Shown: piece after piece, positions 12,558-23,117 of the stretch | Layout of the letters: every line of letters starts with the position of its first letter | Position numbering within the stretch: position 1 is the stretch's first letter | Assembly: GCA_965228875.1 (NCBI GenBank) | Contig: OZ245843.1 | Location: 4,322,616-4,386,615 of the forward strand | Origin: Thalassobaculaceae bacterium | Lineage (GTDB): Bacteria > Pseudomonadota > Alphaproteobacteria > Thalassobaculales > Thalassobaculaceae | Direction: 5' to 3' | Length of the DNA: 64,000 nucleotides | The notes under the pieces: generated by a model | The model's input: the letters and a program-made list of their open reading frames with translations, nothing else | What the model was told of the DNA's origin: nothing | The model's database searches: none | Position numbers and translations under genes: made by a program

Positions 12558-14276
12558 ATGTCCGTTACCGCACCGCATCTCCCGGAAACCGCAACCGAGT
12601 CCCCGACCGTGTCCGCCGCGCCCGAGGTGACCGGCGGGGCGATGCCCGCTCCGGCTCCCGTCTGGGTCGAAGCCGTTCCGCTCGCCGACCTGCGACGCAA
12701 GGGAAGGGCCCTGGTCAAGCGCGAGGGCCGGCAGATCGCCCTGTTCCAGACCGCGGCGGGGGTGCGGGCCATCGCCAACCGCTGTCCGCACCAGGGCTAT
12801 CCCCTCTCGGAGGGCACCCTGAGCGAGGATGGGGCGGACGGTGCCTGCACGCTGACCTGCAACTGGCATAACTGGAAGTTCGATCTGGAGACCGGCGCGG
12901 TGATCGGCGGCGGCGACGCGGTGCGGGTGTTCCCCACCGAGCTGCGCGGCGACGCGGACGATCCGACCGTGTGGGTCGACATCGCCGACCCGCCGGCGGC
13001 CGCGCGCATCGGCCGCGCGCTGGACAGCCTGCGCGACGGGTTCCGGCGGCTGGAGGAGGACCGCATCGCCCGCGACCTCGCCCGCATCGAGGCGGCGGGC
13101 GGCGATCCTCGGATCGGCGTGCGCGCCGCAATCCGCTGGACCCACGACCGTTTCCAGTGGGGCATGACCCACGCCCACGCGGCGCTGGCGGACTGGCTGG
13201 CCCTCGCGGACCAGCAACAGGACCCGGTCGACCGTCTGGTCTGCTTCACCGAGATCGTCGCCCACCTGGTCGACGACAGCCTGCGCGAGGACACCTACCC
13301 CTATCCGGCGGGAAGTCTGTCCTGGGACGAGGACGCGTTTGTCGCCGCCGTCGAGGCGGAGGACGAGGAGCGGGCAATCCGGCTCGCCCGCGGCGGCCTC
13401 GCCGAGGGCGGCTGGCCGCGGATCGATCGCGGCCTGTGCCGTGCGGCGCTGGCTCATTACCAGGATTTCGGCCACTCGGCGATCTACGTGGAGAAGACCC
13501 GCGAGGCGGTCGAGCGCCTGGACACCGCCAACGACCCGACGGGCGAGGCGACGCAAACGGTGGCCGAGCCGCTGCTGCTGCTGCTGGTCCGCGCCCTGGT
13601 CACGGCCCGACGCGAGGATCTGATCCCTGAATTCAAGGCCTACCGGCCGGCCCGAGACGCCTGGACCGGGCGCGGACGCGCCGCGGTCATGCCGGCCGAA
13701 CTGTGCCGGGTGTCGGTGGCCAAGGCGCTGGATCGGGTCTCGGCCGGCAGTGCCGATCCGGCGCGCTGCTACGACGCGCTGATGGCGGCGGCGGCCTGGC
13801 AGCTGCTGCACGCCGACCCGGTCTACGCGACCCGGCCGGACCAGCCGATCAGCCAGAATGTCGGCCGGCTCGACTACAGCCACGCCATCACCTTCGCCAA
13901 TGCCGGACGGCGGATGACCGCCCGTCACCCGGAACTCACCCCCGACATGCTGCTGCAGATCGCCTGCTTCCTCGGGCGCAATGCCGGCTACATCGATCCG
14001 GCCTATCCGGCGGAGCGGTGGCGGGTCGACGATCCGAAGCGCTTCGTCGATGACGCGGCGGCGGCGGTGATCGATCACGGCAACCCGGAGTTCATCGTTT
14101 CCGCCCATCTGGTGAAGATGACCTGCGCCGTGCGGGAGGAGATCGCCGCCGCACCCAATGCCTGCTGGGTGCCAGACCTGGCGGCGTCGCTGAACCGGTT
14201 CCTGAACGAGCCGTTCAAGCGCAAGCTGACCCGTCGCGTCGCCTACCAGGCGCGCGAAACGGTAAAGGGGGAGTAG
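12558..14276 (+). CDS. Rieske [2Fe-2S] domain fused to a long His-motif helical region
   Basis: CPH...CNWH Rieske ligands; AGGAGG RBS. Confidence 0.85.
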   Translation: MSVTAPHLPETATESPTVSAAPEVTGGAMPAPAPVWVEAVPLADLRRKGRALVKREGRQIALFQTAAGVRAIANRCPHQGYPLSEGTLSEDGADGACTLTCNWHNWKFDLETGAVIGGGDAVRVFPTELRGDADDPTVWVDIADPPAAARIGRALDSLRDGFRRLEEDRIARDLARIEAAGGDPRIGVRAAIRWTHDRFQWGMTHAHAALADWLALADQQQDPVDRLVCFTEIVAHLVDDSLREDTYPYPAGSLSWDEDAFVAAVEAEDEERAIRLARGGLAEGGWPRIDRGLCRAALAHYQDFGHSAIYVEKTREAVERLDTANDPTGEATQTVAEPLLLLLVRALVTARREDLIPEFKAYRPARDAWTGRGRAAVMPAELCRVSVAKALDRVSAGSADPARCYDALMAAAAWQLLHADPVYATRPDQPISQNVGRLDYSHAITFANAGRRMTARHPELTPDMLLQIACFLGRNAGYIDPAYPAERWRVDDPKRFVDDAAAAVIDHGNPEFIVSAHLVKMTCAVREEIAAAPNACWVPDLAASLNRFLNEPFKRKLTRRVAYQARETVKGE

Positions 14277-14333
14277 CCGGACGGCCCGCTCCTCGGCCAT
14301 CATGCGCTCCGACACGCCGAGCGGAGAAAACGC

Positions 14334-15173
14334 ATGACCGAGAAGACCACCGTCGCCGACCTGATAGAGGACCGGTTCGGCCTGCCGACCGAGGACGGGC
14401 GCGACATGCCGGCCGAAGGCGAGATCGCGGCGATCCTGTCGCACCGCAGCCACCGGCGCTTCCGGGACGACCCGGTGCCGGACGAGCTGCTGCGGATCGC
14501 GCTGGCCGGCGCCTTCTCGGCTCCGGCCAAGTCGGATCTGCAGCAGTGTTCGGTGCTCGTGGTCCGGGATCCGGAGGTCCGTCGGGCGCTCAACGAGCAG
14601 ATCAACGACCCGTGGGTCACCGCGGCACCGCTCCTGCTGGTGTTCTGCGGCGACAACCGGCGCATTCACAAGATCGCCGAGGCCAAGGGCACGCCCTACC
14701 CCAACGACCACCTGGACGCCTTTCTCAACTGCGCCGGCGATGCGGCGATCGTCATGGCGACGTTCATCCGCGCCGCCGAGGCGCTGGGCCTCGGCTGCTG
14801 TCCGATCAGCGTGATCCGCAACAAGATCGAGGCGGCATCCGACGTGCTCGGCCTGCCCGACTACGTCTTCCCCTTCGTCGGCATGGGGGTCGGGTTCCCC
14901 GAGCGCGAGGGCTGGGTCAGCCTGCGCCTGCCGCCGAGTGTGACGGTGCACACCGACCGCTACGACGACGCCGACGTGCTGAAGGAGATCGATGCCTACG
15001 ACCGGCGCCGGGACGCGAAGTTCTCCACGCCGAAGGAGAAGTACCGCATGGTCGAGGAATTCGGCGCCCCGGACTTCTACGGCTGGTCCGACGACAAGGC
15101 CCGCCAGTACGCCGTGCCCCAGCGCAAGAACCTGGCGGCCTTCCTGAAGTCCAAGAAGTTCAATCTGGACTGA
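14334..15173 (+). CDS. Nitroreductase / flavin reductase (NfsA-Frp family)
   Basis: HRSHRRF, DAAI...AAEALGLG, RLP motifs. Confidence 0.88.
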   Translation: MTEKTTVADLIEDRFGLPTEDGRDMPAEGEIAAILSHRSHRRFRDDPVPDELLRIALAGAFSAPAKSDLQQCSVLVVRDPEVRRALNEQINDPWVTAAPLLLVFCGDNRRIHKIAEAKGTPYPNDHLDAFLNCAGDAAIVMATFIRAAEALGLGCCPISVIRNKIEAASDVLGLPDYVFPFVGMGVGFPEREGWVSLRLPPSVTVHTDRYDDADVLKEIDAYDRRRDAKFSTPKEKYRMVEEFGAPDFYGWSDDKARQYAVPQRKNLAAFLKSKKFNLD

Positions 15174-15179
15174 TGCGGT

Positions 15180-15608
15180 TCAGGCTTCCTCGTCCGACCA
15201 CGGGCGCAGGAAAACCTCGTCGACGGGGATTTTGTAGGCGTCGGACATGGCGTTGGTCTGATTGAACATGCCGACCACGGCGATCAGTTCGCCGTATTCG
15301 GCGTCGGTCATGCCGAGCTTGCGGGCGGCGGCGGTGTGGCTGCGGGTGCAGTACTCGCAGCCGTTCGTGGCGGACACCGCGACGGCGATCATCTCCTTGA
15401 CCTTCGGATCCAGCGCGCCCGGCGCCATCACCTCCTTCAGCCCGTACCACAGCCGCTTGAGGCTTGGCGGGTGCGAGGCGAAGACCTTCCAGGCGTTTGG
15501 CACGAAATCGATGCCCTTCGTCGCCATGATGTCGTCGAAGACCTCCCGGACCTCGGGCGACGCGGCGTCGTACTCGACCATCTCGACGGTGGCTGGCTCG
15601 CTTGCCAT
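15180..15608 (-). CDS. Carboxymuconolactone decarboxylase / AhpD family protein
   Basis: EMIAVAVSATNGCEYCTRSH. Confidence 0.85.
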   Translation of the reverse strand: MASEPATVEMVEYDAASPEVREVFDDIMATKGIDFVPNAWKVFASHPPSLKRLWYGLKEVMAPGALDPKVKEMIAVAVSATNGCEYCTRSHTAAARKLGMTDAEYGELIAVVGMFNQTNAMSDAYKIPVDEVFLRPWSDEEA

Positions 15609-15805
15609 TGGCGGTTCCTTCCCTAGTCTCTTGGCGTGTCTCCCCATCCGCCCGACCCTACGCCGGGATGAAGGAGGGGCGCTGCTGAAGCGTCGGGCGA
15701 TTATTCCGCAACGCCAACGCACGCGACACCCTCGATCCCGACCAAGAGCCGGGAAACGGACCGGGGAGCCGGAAGGACGGAAGGAGAGGGAACGCCGTTC
15801 GTGCT

Positions 15806-16918
15806 CTATGCCTTCGCGCCACGCTCCGCCGCCCGCGCCTCGGCGTCGATCAGCCTGCGCTTGCGCTCCAGACCCCAGCGGTAGCCGCGCAGGGTGCCGT
15901 CGGTTCCGACGGCGCGGTGACAGGGCACGATCAGCGAGACCGGGTTGTTGGCGCAGGCGCTGCCGACCGCGCGGATCGCCTTCGGTCGGCCGATCGAGGC
16001 GGCGAGCTCGGCATAGGTGCGGGTCTCGCCCATGGGGATATCGGTCAGCGCCTGCCAGACCTGACGCTGGAACGCGGTGCCTCGGATGTCGAGCGGCAGG
16101 TCGCCGTGCGGTTCCCGACCCTCGAGCATGCCGGCGACCTCGCCCAGGGTCTCGCCGAGACCGCCGGGGTCCGCCGCCAGGGTCGCCCGCGGAAAATCGC
16201 CCTTCAGTTCGTTGACCAGGGTGTCGTCGTCGTTGCCGATGCCGACGAAACAGATCCCGGTCTTGGTCGCGCCGACAATGACGCGCCCGAGGGTGGTGTC
16301 GGCGAAGGCGTAGGCGATCACCGCCCCTTCGCCGCCCTTGCCGTAGCTTGCCGGTGTCATGCCCAACTGAGCCCCCGCTTTCTCGTACAGCCGGCTGGAG
16401 GAGCCGTAGCCGGCGCCGTACAGCGCCATCGCCACACCCTCGCCCGACTTGAGGTTGCGTTTCAGACGACCGAGGCGACGGGCGTCCCAGTACTGCCGCG
16501 GGCTGATGCCCATCACCGCCTTGAAGCTCCGCTGCAGGTGAAATGGACTGATGCCGGCGGCGGTGCCAAGGGCCTCCAGGCTCGGGCACTCGTCCTCGGC
16601 GCTCTCGATGGCCCGGCAGGCCGCCCGCACCACGTCGAGCCGCGGATCCGGGGCGGCCGACTCGTCGGGTCTGCAGCGACGGCAGGCGCGATAGCCGTCC
16701 GCCCGCGCCTGCTCCGGCGTCTCGTAGAACGACACGTTCTCGCGCTTCGGCGTCCGCGAGGGGCAGTAGGGCCGGCAGTACACGCCAGTGGTCCGCACCG
16801 CGACGATGAAGGCGCCGTCAAAGGACCTGTCGCGGGCGACGACGACCCGGTAGCGGGCGTCGTCGTCCATGTTCGTGGCGGCTGGTTTCATGGTGGCCGG
16901 CTCGGTCTTCGCGGTCAT
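15806..16918 (-). CDS. ada: Bifunctional transcriptional activator / O6-methylguanine-DNA methyltransferase Ada
   Basis: Zn-binding CRPYC and CRRC, AraC-type HTH, PCHR active site. Confidence 0.95.
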   Translation of the reverse strand: MTAKTEPATMKPAATNMDDDARYRVVVARDRSFDGAFIVAVRTTGVYCRPYCPSRTPKRENVSFYETPEQARADGYRACRRCRPDESAAPDPRLDVVRAACRAIESAEDECPSLEALGTAAGISPFHLQRSFKAVMGISPRQYWDARRLGRLKRNLKSGEGVAMALYGAGYGSSSRLYEKAGAQLGMTPASYGKGGEGAVIAYAFADTTLGRVIVGATKTGICFVGIGNDDDTLVNELKGDFPRATLAADPGGLGETLGEVAGMLEGREPHGDLPLDIRGTAFQRQVWQALTDIPMGETRTYAELAASIGRPKAIRAVGSACANNPVSLIVPCHRAVGTDGTLRGYRWGLERKRRLIDAEARAAERGAKA

Positions 16919-17022
16919 CTCGGATCTCCATCGCGTTTGGTGATCCTACACTGCCCGGCCGGCGTCGGCGTCTCCATCCGCTTCTTGCGCCGAGGATCGG
17001 AGCGGAGGGGAAGCGCCGACGG

Positions 17023-18090
17023 TCAGTTCGTTTCGAACGCCGCCTCGTCCATGCCGACCTCGACCCCGGCCCGGGTCATCTCGGCCCAGGTGTTGTCGTC
17101 GATCGGGATGCCGTTGGCGGTGCGCTCGGCCGAGGTCTCGCGCTCGGGATCGCCGGGGAAGCGGATCTTGTCGTGGCCGACCGCGACTTTGGCCGAGGAG
17201 ACGTGGTCGACCAGTTGGTCGATCTCCGAGCGGAACGGGATGTCGGCGCCGAACCCGGAAGGATCCAGAACGATCGTGAGCATGTTGTTGCAGATCGTGT
17301 CCTGGCTCATCAGCTCTTCGCGCGCGGTGCCGCCGCCGGTCAGGCCGGCCGCCAGGATCTCGCAGATCATCGCCAGCCCGTAGCCCTTGTGCTGGCCGAA
17401 GGACAGCATGGCGCCGTAGGGTTCCTCGAAGATGACCGTGGGATCGTCGGTCGGCCGTCCGTCCGGCCCGACAAGGGCGTCGGCCGGGGTCTTCTTGCCG
17501 GCGTAGTAGGCGACCCGAACCTTGCCCTGGGCGACCCGCGAGGTGGCCATGTCGAGCACGATCCTCGGATGGTCGTCGGTCGCCGGGATCGCCGTGCAGT
17601 AGGGGTTGGTCGAGTACTTGGCCTCGTAGCCGCCCCACGGCGAGACGTAGGGCCGGTGACCCGTGGTGTTGACGTAGTGGATCGAGATCAGACCGGCGTT
17701 TGCCGCCATCTCGCCCCAGGCGCCGATCCGTCCCATGTGGTGGGTCTTGCGCAGGCCCATGATGCACACCCCGATCTCCCGGGCGCGGGCGATCGCCATG
17801 TCCATGGCCTCCCGGCACACGGTCTGGCCGTATCCCATGTTGCCGTCGAGCAGCAGGTAGGCGCCGTTATCCGACACCACCGAGGGCCGCGCTCCGGGGT
17901 TCATGGTGCCCGACAGCGCGTGCTTCATGTAGCGCGGCGCCAGCCCGACGCCGTGGCTGTCATGGCCCATCAGGTTGGCCTGGACCAGGTTCTCGGCGAT
18001 GGCGCGGGCTTCGTCCGGCGCGCTCTTCGCGCCAGCCATCATGGCGGCGACAACGTCGGTCAGCCGCTCGTGTCCGATGGTGATCGGCAT
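17023..18090 (-). CDS. Malate/lactate/ureidoglycolate dehydrogenase (Ldh_2 family)
   Basis: GHDSHG, HHMGRIG, TNP, LDMATS, HKGYGL. Confidence 0.9.
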   Translation of the reverse strand: MPITIGHERLTDVVAAMMAGAKSAPDEARAIAENLVQANLMGHDSHGVGLAPRYMKHALSGTMNPGARPSVVSDNGAYLLLDGNMGYGQTVCREAMDMAIARAREIGVCIMGLRKTHHMGRIGAWGEMAANAGLISIHYVNTTGHRPYVSPWGGYEAKYSTNPYCTAIPATDDHPRIVLDMATSRVAQGKVRVAYYAGKKTPADALVGPDGRPTDDPTVIFEEPYGAMLSFGQHKGYGLAMICEILAAGLTGGGTAREELMSQDTICNNMLTIVLDPSGFGADIPFRSEIDQLVDHVSSAKVAVGHDKIRFPGDPERETSAERTANGIPIDDNTWAEMTRAGVEVGMDEAAFETN

Positions 18091-18167
18091 CTTTCTCCCT
18101 CATCTGTGCTTGTGGTCGTGCTAGGCGAGCTTGCGGGCGAGCCTACACCGTCTCTATATGTGCCGTC

Positions 18168-19010
18168 ATGAGCACAACTTTGCCCTTCCTGAAGATGCAC
18201 GGCCTCGGCAACGACTTCGTAGTGGTCGACGGCCGCGCGACCGAAGCGACGCTGGGCGTCGAACAGTACCGGGCGGTCGGCGACCGTCGGCGCGGGGTGG
18301 GATACGATCAGTTCCTGACGATTCTGCCGCCGCGCGGCGACGGTATCGCCTACATGTCGATCCACAATCCCGACGGCTCCGAGGCCCAGGCCTGCGGCAA
18401 CGGTACGCGGTGCGTCGCGTCGCTGCTGATGGACGAGGCCGGCCACGACGAGATCGTGCTGGAAACCGTGGCCGGCGGCCTGGTTTGCCGCCGGGCGGCG
18501 GACGGTCGGGTGACCTGCGACATGGGGCTGGCGCGCACCGCCTGGGATGAGATCCCGATCGCGACGGCGGCGGACACGCTTGAAGTCGCCATCTCGGGAG
18601 TGGAGGCCTACGGGCCCGCCACCCTCGTCAATGTCGGCAATCCCCATGCGGTGTTCTTCGTCGACGACGCCGAGGCCCTGGATCTGGCGCGGATCGGCCC
18701 GCCAATCGAAACCAGCGCGATCTTCCCCGAACGTGCCAACATCGAGTTCGTGACCGTTCTCGGTCCGGACCGGCTGCGCATGCGGGTGTGGGAGCGCGGC
18801 GCCGGCATCACCCAGGCCTGCGGGTCCGGCGCCTGCGCCACGGTGGTCGCCGCCGCCCGGCGCGGGGCGATACCGGGGCGTGCGGCCGCGGTCGTGCTGG
18901 ATGGCGGGGTGCTGGACATCGTCTGGCGCGCGGACGGGCATGTGGAGATGACCGGCCCGGTGGCGACCAGTTTCTCCGGCACGCTCGACCTCGCCGCGCT
19001 GTCGGCGTGA
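18168..19010 (+). CDS. dapF: Diaminopimelate epimerase
   Basis: KMHGLGNDF, CGNGTRC, GNPH, ERGAGITQACGSG. Confidence 0.96.
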   Translation: MSTTLPFLKMHGLGNDFVVVDGRATEATLGVEQYRAVGDRRRGVGYDQFLTILPPRGDGIAYMSIHNPDGSEAQACGNGTRCVASLLMDEAGHDEIVLETVAGGLVCRRAADGRVTCDMGLARTAWDEIPIATAADTLEVAISGVEAYGPATLVNVGNPHAVFFVDDAEALDLARIGPPIETSAIFPERANIEFVTVLGPDRLRMRVWERGAGITQACGSGACATVVAAARRGAIPGRAAAVVLDGGVLDIVWRADGHVEMTGPVATSFSGTLDLAALSA

Positions 19011-19020
19011 GGAGGGCCGC

Positions 19021-19554
19021 ATGAGCCTTGTCGTCCTCGGCCGGCCGAGCATTGCCGCCGCCGACCGGGCCTGGATCGACGACCTGCGAGGTCGGCACCG
19101 CGGCAGCATCTTCCAGGCCAGCCTGGGCGCCCACGTTACGCTGGTCTTCCCGACCGACGCCACCGATCCGACGGGTGCGACCAGCCACCTGGCGACGGTC
19201 GCCGCCGAGACCGAGCCGTTCGACCTGACCTTCCGGGCGACCATGCCCTGGCTCGACCGCTATACCGGCGAGACCTTCGTCTATCTGGTGCCGGATGCCG
19301 GCAATGCCGCGCTGATCCGCCTGCACGACCGGCTGTACAGCGGCCCCTTCGCCGAGGCGCTGCGCCTCGACCTGGCCTATGTGCCGCACATCACCCTCGG
19401 CCGCTTCGGCGAGGCGAAGGTCGCCAAGGCCCTGGTCGACGACCTCAACGCCCAGGACATCGACATCGCGGGCCGGCTGGAGACGGTGGAGCTGTTCCGC
19501 CTGGAGGACGGCGCCACCCCGCGACGCCTCGCCGAGGTCGCGCTGAGGGGGTGA
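19021..19554 (+). CDS. 2H phosphoesterase (2'-5' RNA ligase family)
   Basis: Two HxT motifs (HVTL, HITL). Confidence 0.8.
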   Translation: MSLVVLGRPSIAAADRAWIDDLRGRHRGSIFQASLGAHVTLVFPTDATDPTGATSHLATVAAETEPFDLTFRATMPWLDRYTGETFVYLVPDAGNAALIRLHDRLYSGPFAEALRLDLAYVPHITLGRFGEAKVAKALVDDLNAQDIDIAGRLETVELFRLEDGATPRRLAEVALRG

Positions 19555-19678
19555 CCCGTCGCCCTCTAAGCGATTGAAGGAGCGATGAGCGTCCCCGAGG
19601 CATGGGCCGGGACCGTCTGTTCGACCACGCGGGTGTCGGCGCCAGCCGGTCCCGAGCCGGGCTCAGGGTAGCGGGCGT

Positions 19679-20752
19679 TCAGATGTTCGAACTCCGGATC
19701 GCGTCGCATACCGCGTCGGTGACTTCCTGCGTGGTGGCCGTGCCGCCAATGTCGGGCGTCATGATCCCGTCCTCGGACACCTTCTCGACCGCCGCCATCA
19801 GCCGCGCCGCCGCCTGGGGTTCGCCCAGGTGCTCAAGCATCTGCGCGGCGGTCCAGAAGGTCGCGACCGGATTGGCGATGCCCTTGCCGGTGATGTCGAA
19901 GGCCGAGCCGTGGATCGGCTCGAACATCGACGGATAGCGCCGCTCCGGGTCGATGTTCGCGGTCGGCGCCACGCCGAGGCTGCCCGCCAGCGCGCCGGCC
20001 AGGTCGGACAGGATGTCGGCGTGCAGGTTGGTGGCGACGATGGTGTCCAGACTCTTCGGCTTCAGGGTCATGCGCACGGTCATGGCGTCGACCAGCATCT
20101 TGTCCCAGGTGACGTCCGGGAACTCCTTCGAGACCTCTTCGGCGATCTCGTCCCACATCACCATGCCGTGGCGCTGGGCGTTCGACTTGGTCACCACGGT
20201 CAGCAGCTTGCGCGGCCGCGACTGGGCGAGCTTGAAGGCGTAGCGCATGATCCGCGTGACGCCGACCCGGGTGAAGATCGCGACTTCGGTCCCGACCTCC
20301 TCGGGAAAGCCGCGGTGGGCCCGGCCGCCATGGCCGGCGTACTCGCCCTCGGAATTCTCGCGCACGATCACCCAGTCGAGATCGCCCGGACCGACGCCGG
20401 CCAGGGGCGAGGTGATTCCGGGAAGAATCTTGGTCGGCCGCACGTTGGCGTACTGATCGAAGCCCTGGCAGATCGGCAGACGCAGCCCCCAGAGCGTGAT
20501 GTGGTCGGGCACGTCCGGCGCGCCGACGGCGCCGAAGAAGATGGCGTCGAACGGCTTCAGCGTCTCGCGACCGTCCGCCGGCATCATCTCGCCGTGCTTC
20601 TTGTAGTAGTCGGAGCCCCAGTCGAACTGCTCGACCTCCAGCTTGAAGCCGCCGTCGCGACGTTCGAGCGCCTCGAGCGCCTGCAGCCCGGCGGCGATCA
20701 CCTCGGGGCCGATACCGTCGGCGGGAATGGCGGCGATCTTGTACGTCTTCAT
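19679..20752 (-). CDS. Tartrate / D-malate dehydrogenase (decarboxylating)
   Basis: ADGIGPEV, RENSEGEY, DILSDL, FEPIHGSAFDI. Confidence 0.9.
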   Translation of the reverse strand: MKTYKIAAIPADGIGPEVIAAGLQALEALERRDGGFKLEVEQFDWGSDYYKKHGEMMPADGRETLKPFDAIFFGAVGAPDVPDHITLWGLRLPICQGFDQYANVRPTKILPGITSPLAGVGPGDLDWVIVRENSEGEYAGHGGRAHRGFPEEVGTEVAIFTRVGVTRIMRYAFKLAQSRPRKLLTVVTKSNAQRHGMVMWDEIAEEVSKEFPDVTWDKMLVDAMTVRMTLKPKSLDTIVATNLHADILSDLAGALAGSLGVAPTANIDPERRYPSMFEPIHGSAFDITGKGIANPVATFWTAAQMLEHLGEPQAAARLMAAVEKVSEDGIMTPDIGGTATTQEVTDAVCDAIRSSNI

Positions 20753-20878
20753 CGGGGCTCCCTCTCTCGACCCTGTTCTTATCGCGCCGCCAATGTAGGG
20801 GAGAGCACGCCCGAGTCACAATCGTCCGGTGGGCTGCCGCCCCTTGCATTCCAGCCTCCGTGCAGGCATCTAGCGGCC

Positions 20879-22171
20879 ATGGCGCGCCCCGACGACACCG
20901 CTTCCGCTCCCGCGCACCGGGTCGAGACCTTCGGCTGCCGGCTGAACGCGCACGAGTCCGACCTGATTCAGGGCCATCTCGCCGCCGCCGGGGCGGGCGA
21001 CACCATCGTCGTCAACACCTGCGCCGTCACGTCCGAGGCCGAACGCCAGTCCCGTCAGGCGATCCGCCGGCTGATCCGCGAGAATCCGGGGACGGAGGTT
21101 GTCGTCACCGGCTGCGCGGCGCAGATCGACCCGACCCGCTACGCCGCCATCCCCGGCGTCGCCCGCGTGGTCGGCAACGAGGAAAAGCTGCGCCCGGAGA
21201 CCTGGAGCGCGCCGGCCGACGACGCGCCGAGGATCCTGGTCAACGATATCATGAGCGTGCGCGAGACCGCCGCCCATCTGGTCACCGAGGCCCAGGGGCG
21301 CGAGCGTGCCATCGTCCAGGTCCAGCAGGGCTGCGACCACCGCTGCACGTTCTGCGTCATTCCGTTCGGCCGCGGCAACAGCCGTTCGGTGCCGATGGGC
21401 GCGGTGGTCGACCAGGCCCGCACCCTCGTCGCCGCGGGCTACCGCGAGCTGGTGCTGAGCGGGGTCGACATCACCTCATACGGGGGCGACCTGCCGGGGC
21501 GACCGTCGCTCGGCCAGATGGTGCGCCGGCTGCTCGCCCTGGTGCCGGAGCTGCCGCGCCTGCGCCTGTCCTCGGTCGATCCGGTCGAGCTGGACGACGA
21601 CATCTGGCGGCTGCTGGAGAACGAGCCCCGGTTCATGCCGCACCTGCATCTCAGCCTGCAGGCCGGCGACGACATGGTGCTGAAGCGGATGAAGCGCCGC
21701 CACCTGCGCGACGACGCGATCCGTGTGGTCGAGCGTGCCCGTGCCCTGCGCCCGGACGTGGCGTTCGGCGCCGACGTGATCGCCGGGTTTCCGACGGAGA
21801 GCGACGCGATGCACGCCAATACGGCGGCGCTGCTGCGGGATCTCGGGCTGCAGTATCTGCATGTCTTTCCCTACTCGCCGCGTCCCGGCACACCGGCGGC
21901 GCGCATGCCGCAGGTGCCCGGCGACGTGCGCAAGGCACGGGCGGCGGAGCTGCGGTCGATCGGCGCCGACAGTCTTGCCCGCTGGCTCGACGGGCGGATC
22001 GGCGCGACGGACCGCATGCTTGTCGAGCGCGACGGCGTTGGCCATGGCGAGGGATTTGCCGAGATCCGTGTCGCCGGCGGTGCGACGCCCGGCGCGATCG
22101 TCGAGGTGACGTTGACCGGCCGCGACGGCAACACCCTGATCGGCGAACGCAGCGCGAGGGCGGCGGCATGA
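20879..22171 (+). CDS. mtaB: tRNA t6A37 methylthiotransferase
   Basis: TFGCRLN, NTCAVT, CDHRCTFC radical-SAM motif; dapF/ftsY context. Confidence 0.93.
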   Translation: MARPDDTASAPAHRVETFGCRLNAHESDLIQGHLAAAGAGDTIVVNTCAVTSEAERQSRQAIRRLIRENPGTEVVVTGCAAQIDPTRYAAIPGVARVVGNEEKLRPETWSAPADDAPRILVNDIMSVRETAAHLVTEAQGRERAIVQVQQGCDHRCTFCVIPFGRGNSRSVPMGAVVDQARTLVAAGYRELVLSGVDITSYGGDLPGRPSLGQMVRRLLALVPELPRLRLSSVDPVELDDDIWRLLENEPRFMPHLHLSLQAGDDMVLKRMKRRHLRDDAIRVVERARALRPDVAFGADVIAGFPTESDAMHANTAALLRDLGLQYLHVFPYSPRPGTPAARMPQVPGDVRKARAAELRSIGADSLARWLDGRIGATDRMLVERDGVGHGEGFAEIRVAGGATPGAIVEVTLTGRDGNTLIGERSARAAA

Positions 22172-23115
22172 GCGAGGCGGAGACGGCGGAGCCGCAGAAG
22201 AAGGGCTGGTTCGCCCGGCTGCGCGAGGGGCTGTCGAAGTCGTCGCGTCGGCTGGTCGAGGGCATCGGCGGCCTGTTCACCAAGCGCCGGCTGGACGACG
22301 CGACCCTCGAGGAGCTCGAGGAATTGCTGATCACCGCCGATCTCGGGGTCGAGACGGCGATGAAGCTCACCGCCAATCTCGCCCGCGAGAAGTTCGACAA
22401 GGAAGTGACCGGCGACGAGGTGCGCGCCGCCTTCGCCGCCGACATCGCCGGGATTCTGGAACCCGTCGCCAGGCCGCTGGAGCCGGTCGGTCACAAACCC
22501 TTCGTGGTGCTGATGGTCGGCGTCAACGGCTCAGGCAAGACCACCACCATCGGCAAGCTGGCGCATCAATGGAAGCGCGCCGGCCGGTCGGTGATGCTGG
22601 CCGCCGGCGACACCTTCCGGGCCGCCGCCATCGAGCAGCTCCGGGCCTGGGGCGAACGTGCCGGGGTGCCGGTCATCGAGAAGCCGCACGGATCGGACGC
22701 CGCGGCACTCGCCTTCGACGCCCTCGCCGAGGCCAAGGCCGCCGGCAGCGACATCCTGCTGATCGACACCGCCGGGCGGCTGCAGAACAAGACCCAGCTC
22801 ATGGACGAGCTGGCCAAGGTGGTCCGGGTCATCAAGAAGCAGGACGAGACGGCCCCTCACGCCACGGTGCTGGTGCTGGACGGCACGGTCGGTCAGAACG
22901 CGCACGCGCAGGTCAAGGCGTTCAAGGAGATGGTCGACGTCACCGGCCTGGTGGTGACCAAGCTCGACGGCTCGGCCCGAGGCGGCGTGGTGGTGGCGCT
23001 GGCCCAGGGCATCGGCCTGCCGGTGCACGCGGTCGGCGTCGGCGAGGGGGCGGACGACCTGCGGCCGTTCGAGGCCAAGGCCTTCGCCAACTCCCTGATG
23101 GGGATCGAGGGGTAG
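22168..23115 (+). CDS. ftsY: Signal recognition particle receptor
   Basis: GVNGSGKTTT, DTFRAAA, DTAGR, TKLDG. Confidence 0.96.
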   Translation: MSEAETAEPQKKGWFARLREGLSKSSRRLVEGIGGLFTKRRLDDATLEELEELLITADLGVETAMKLTANLAREKFDKEVTGDEVRAAFAADIAGILEPVARPLEPVGHKPFVVLMVGVNGSGKTTTIGKLAHQWKRAGRSVMLAAGDTFRAAAIEQLRAWGERAGVPVIEKPHGSDAAALAFDALAEAKAAGSDILLIDTAGRLQNKTQLMDELAKVVRVIKKQDETAPHATVLVLDGTVGQNAHAQVKAFKEMVDVTGLVVTKLDGSARGGVVVALAQGIGLPVHAVGVGEGADDLRPFEAKAFANSLMGIEG

Positions 23116-23117
23116 CT

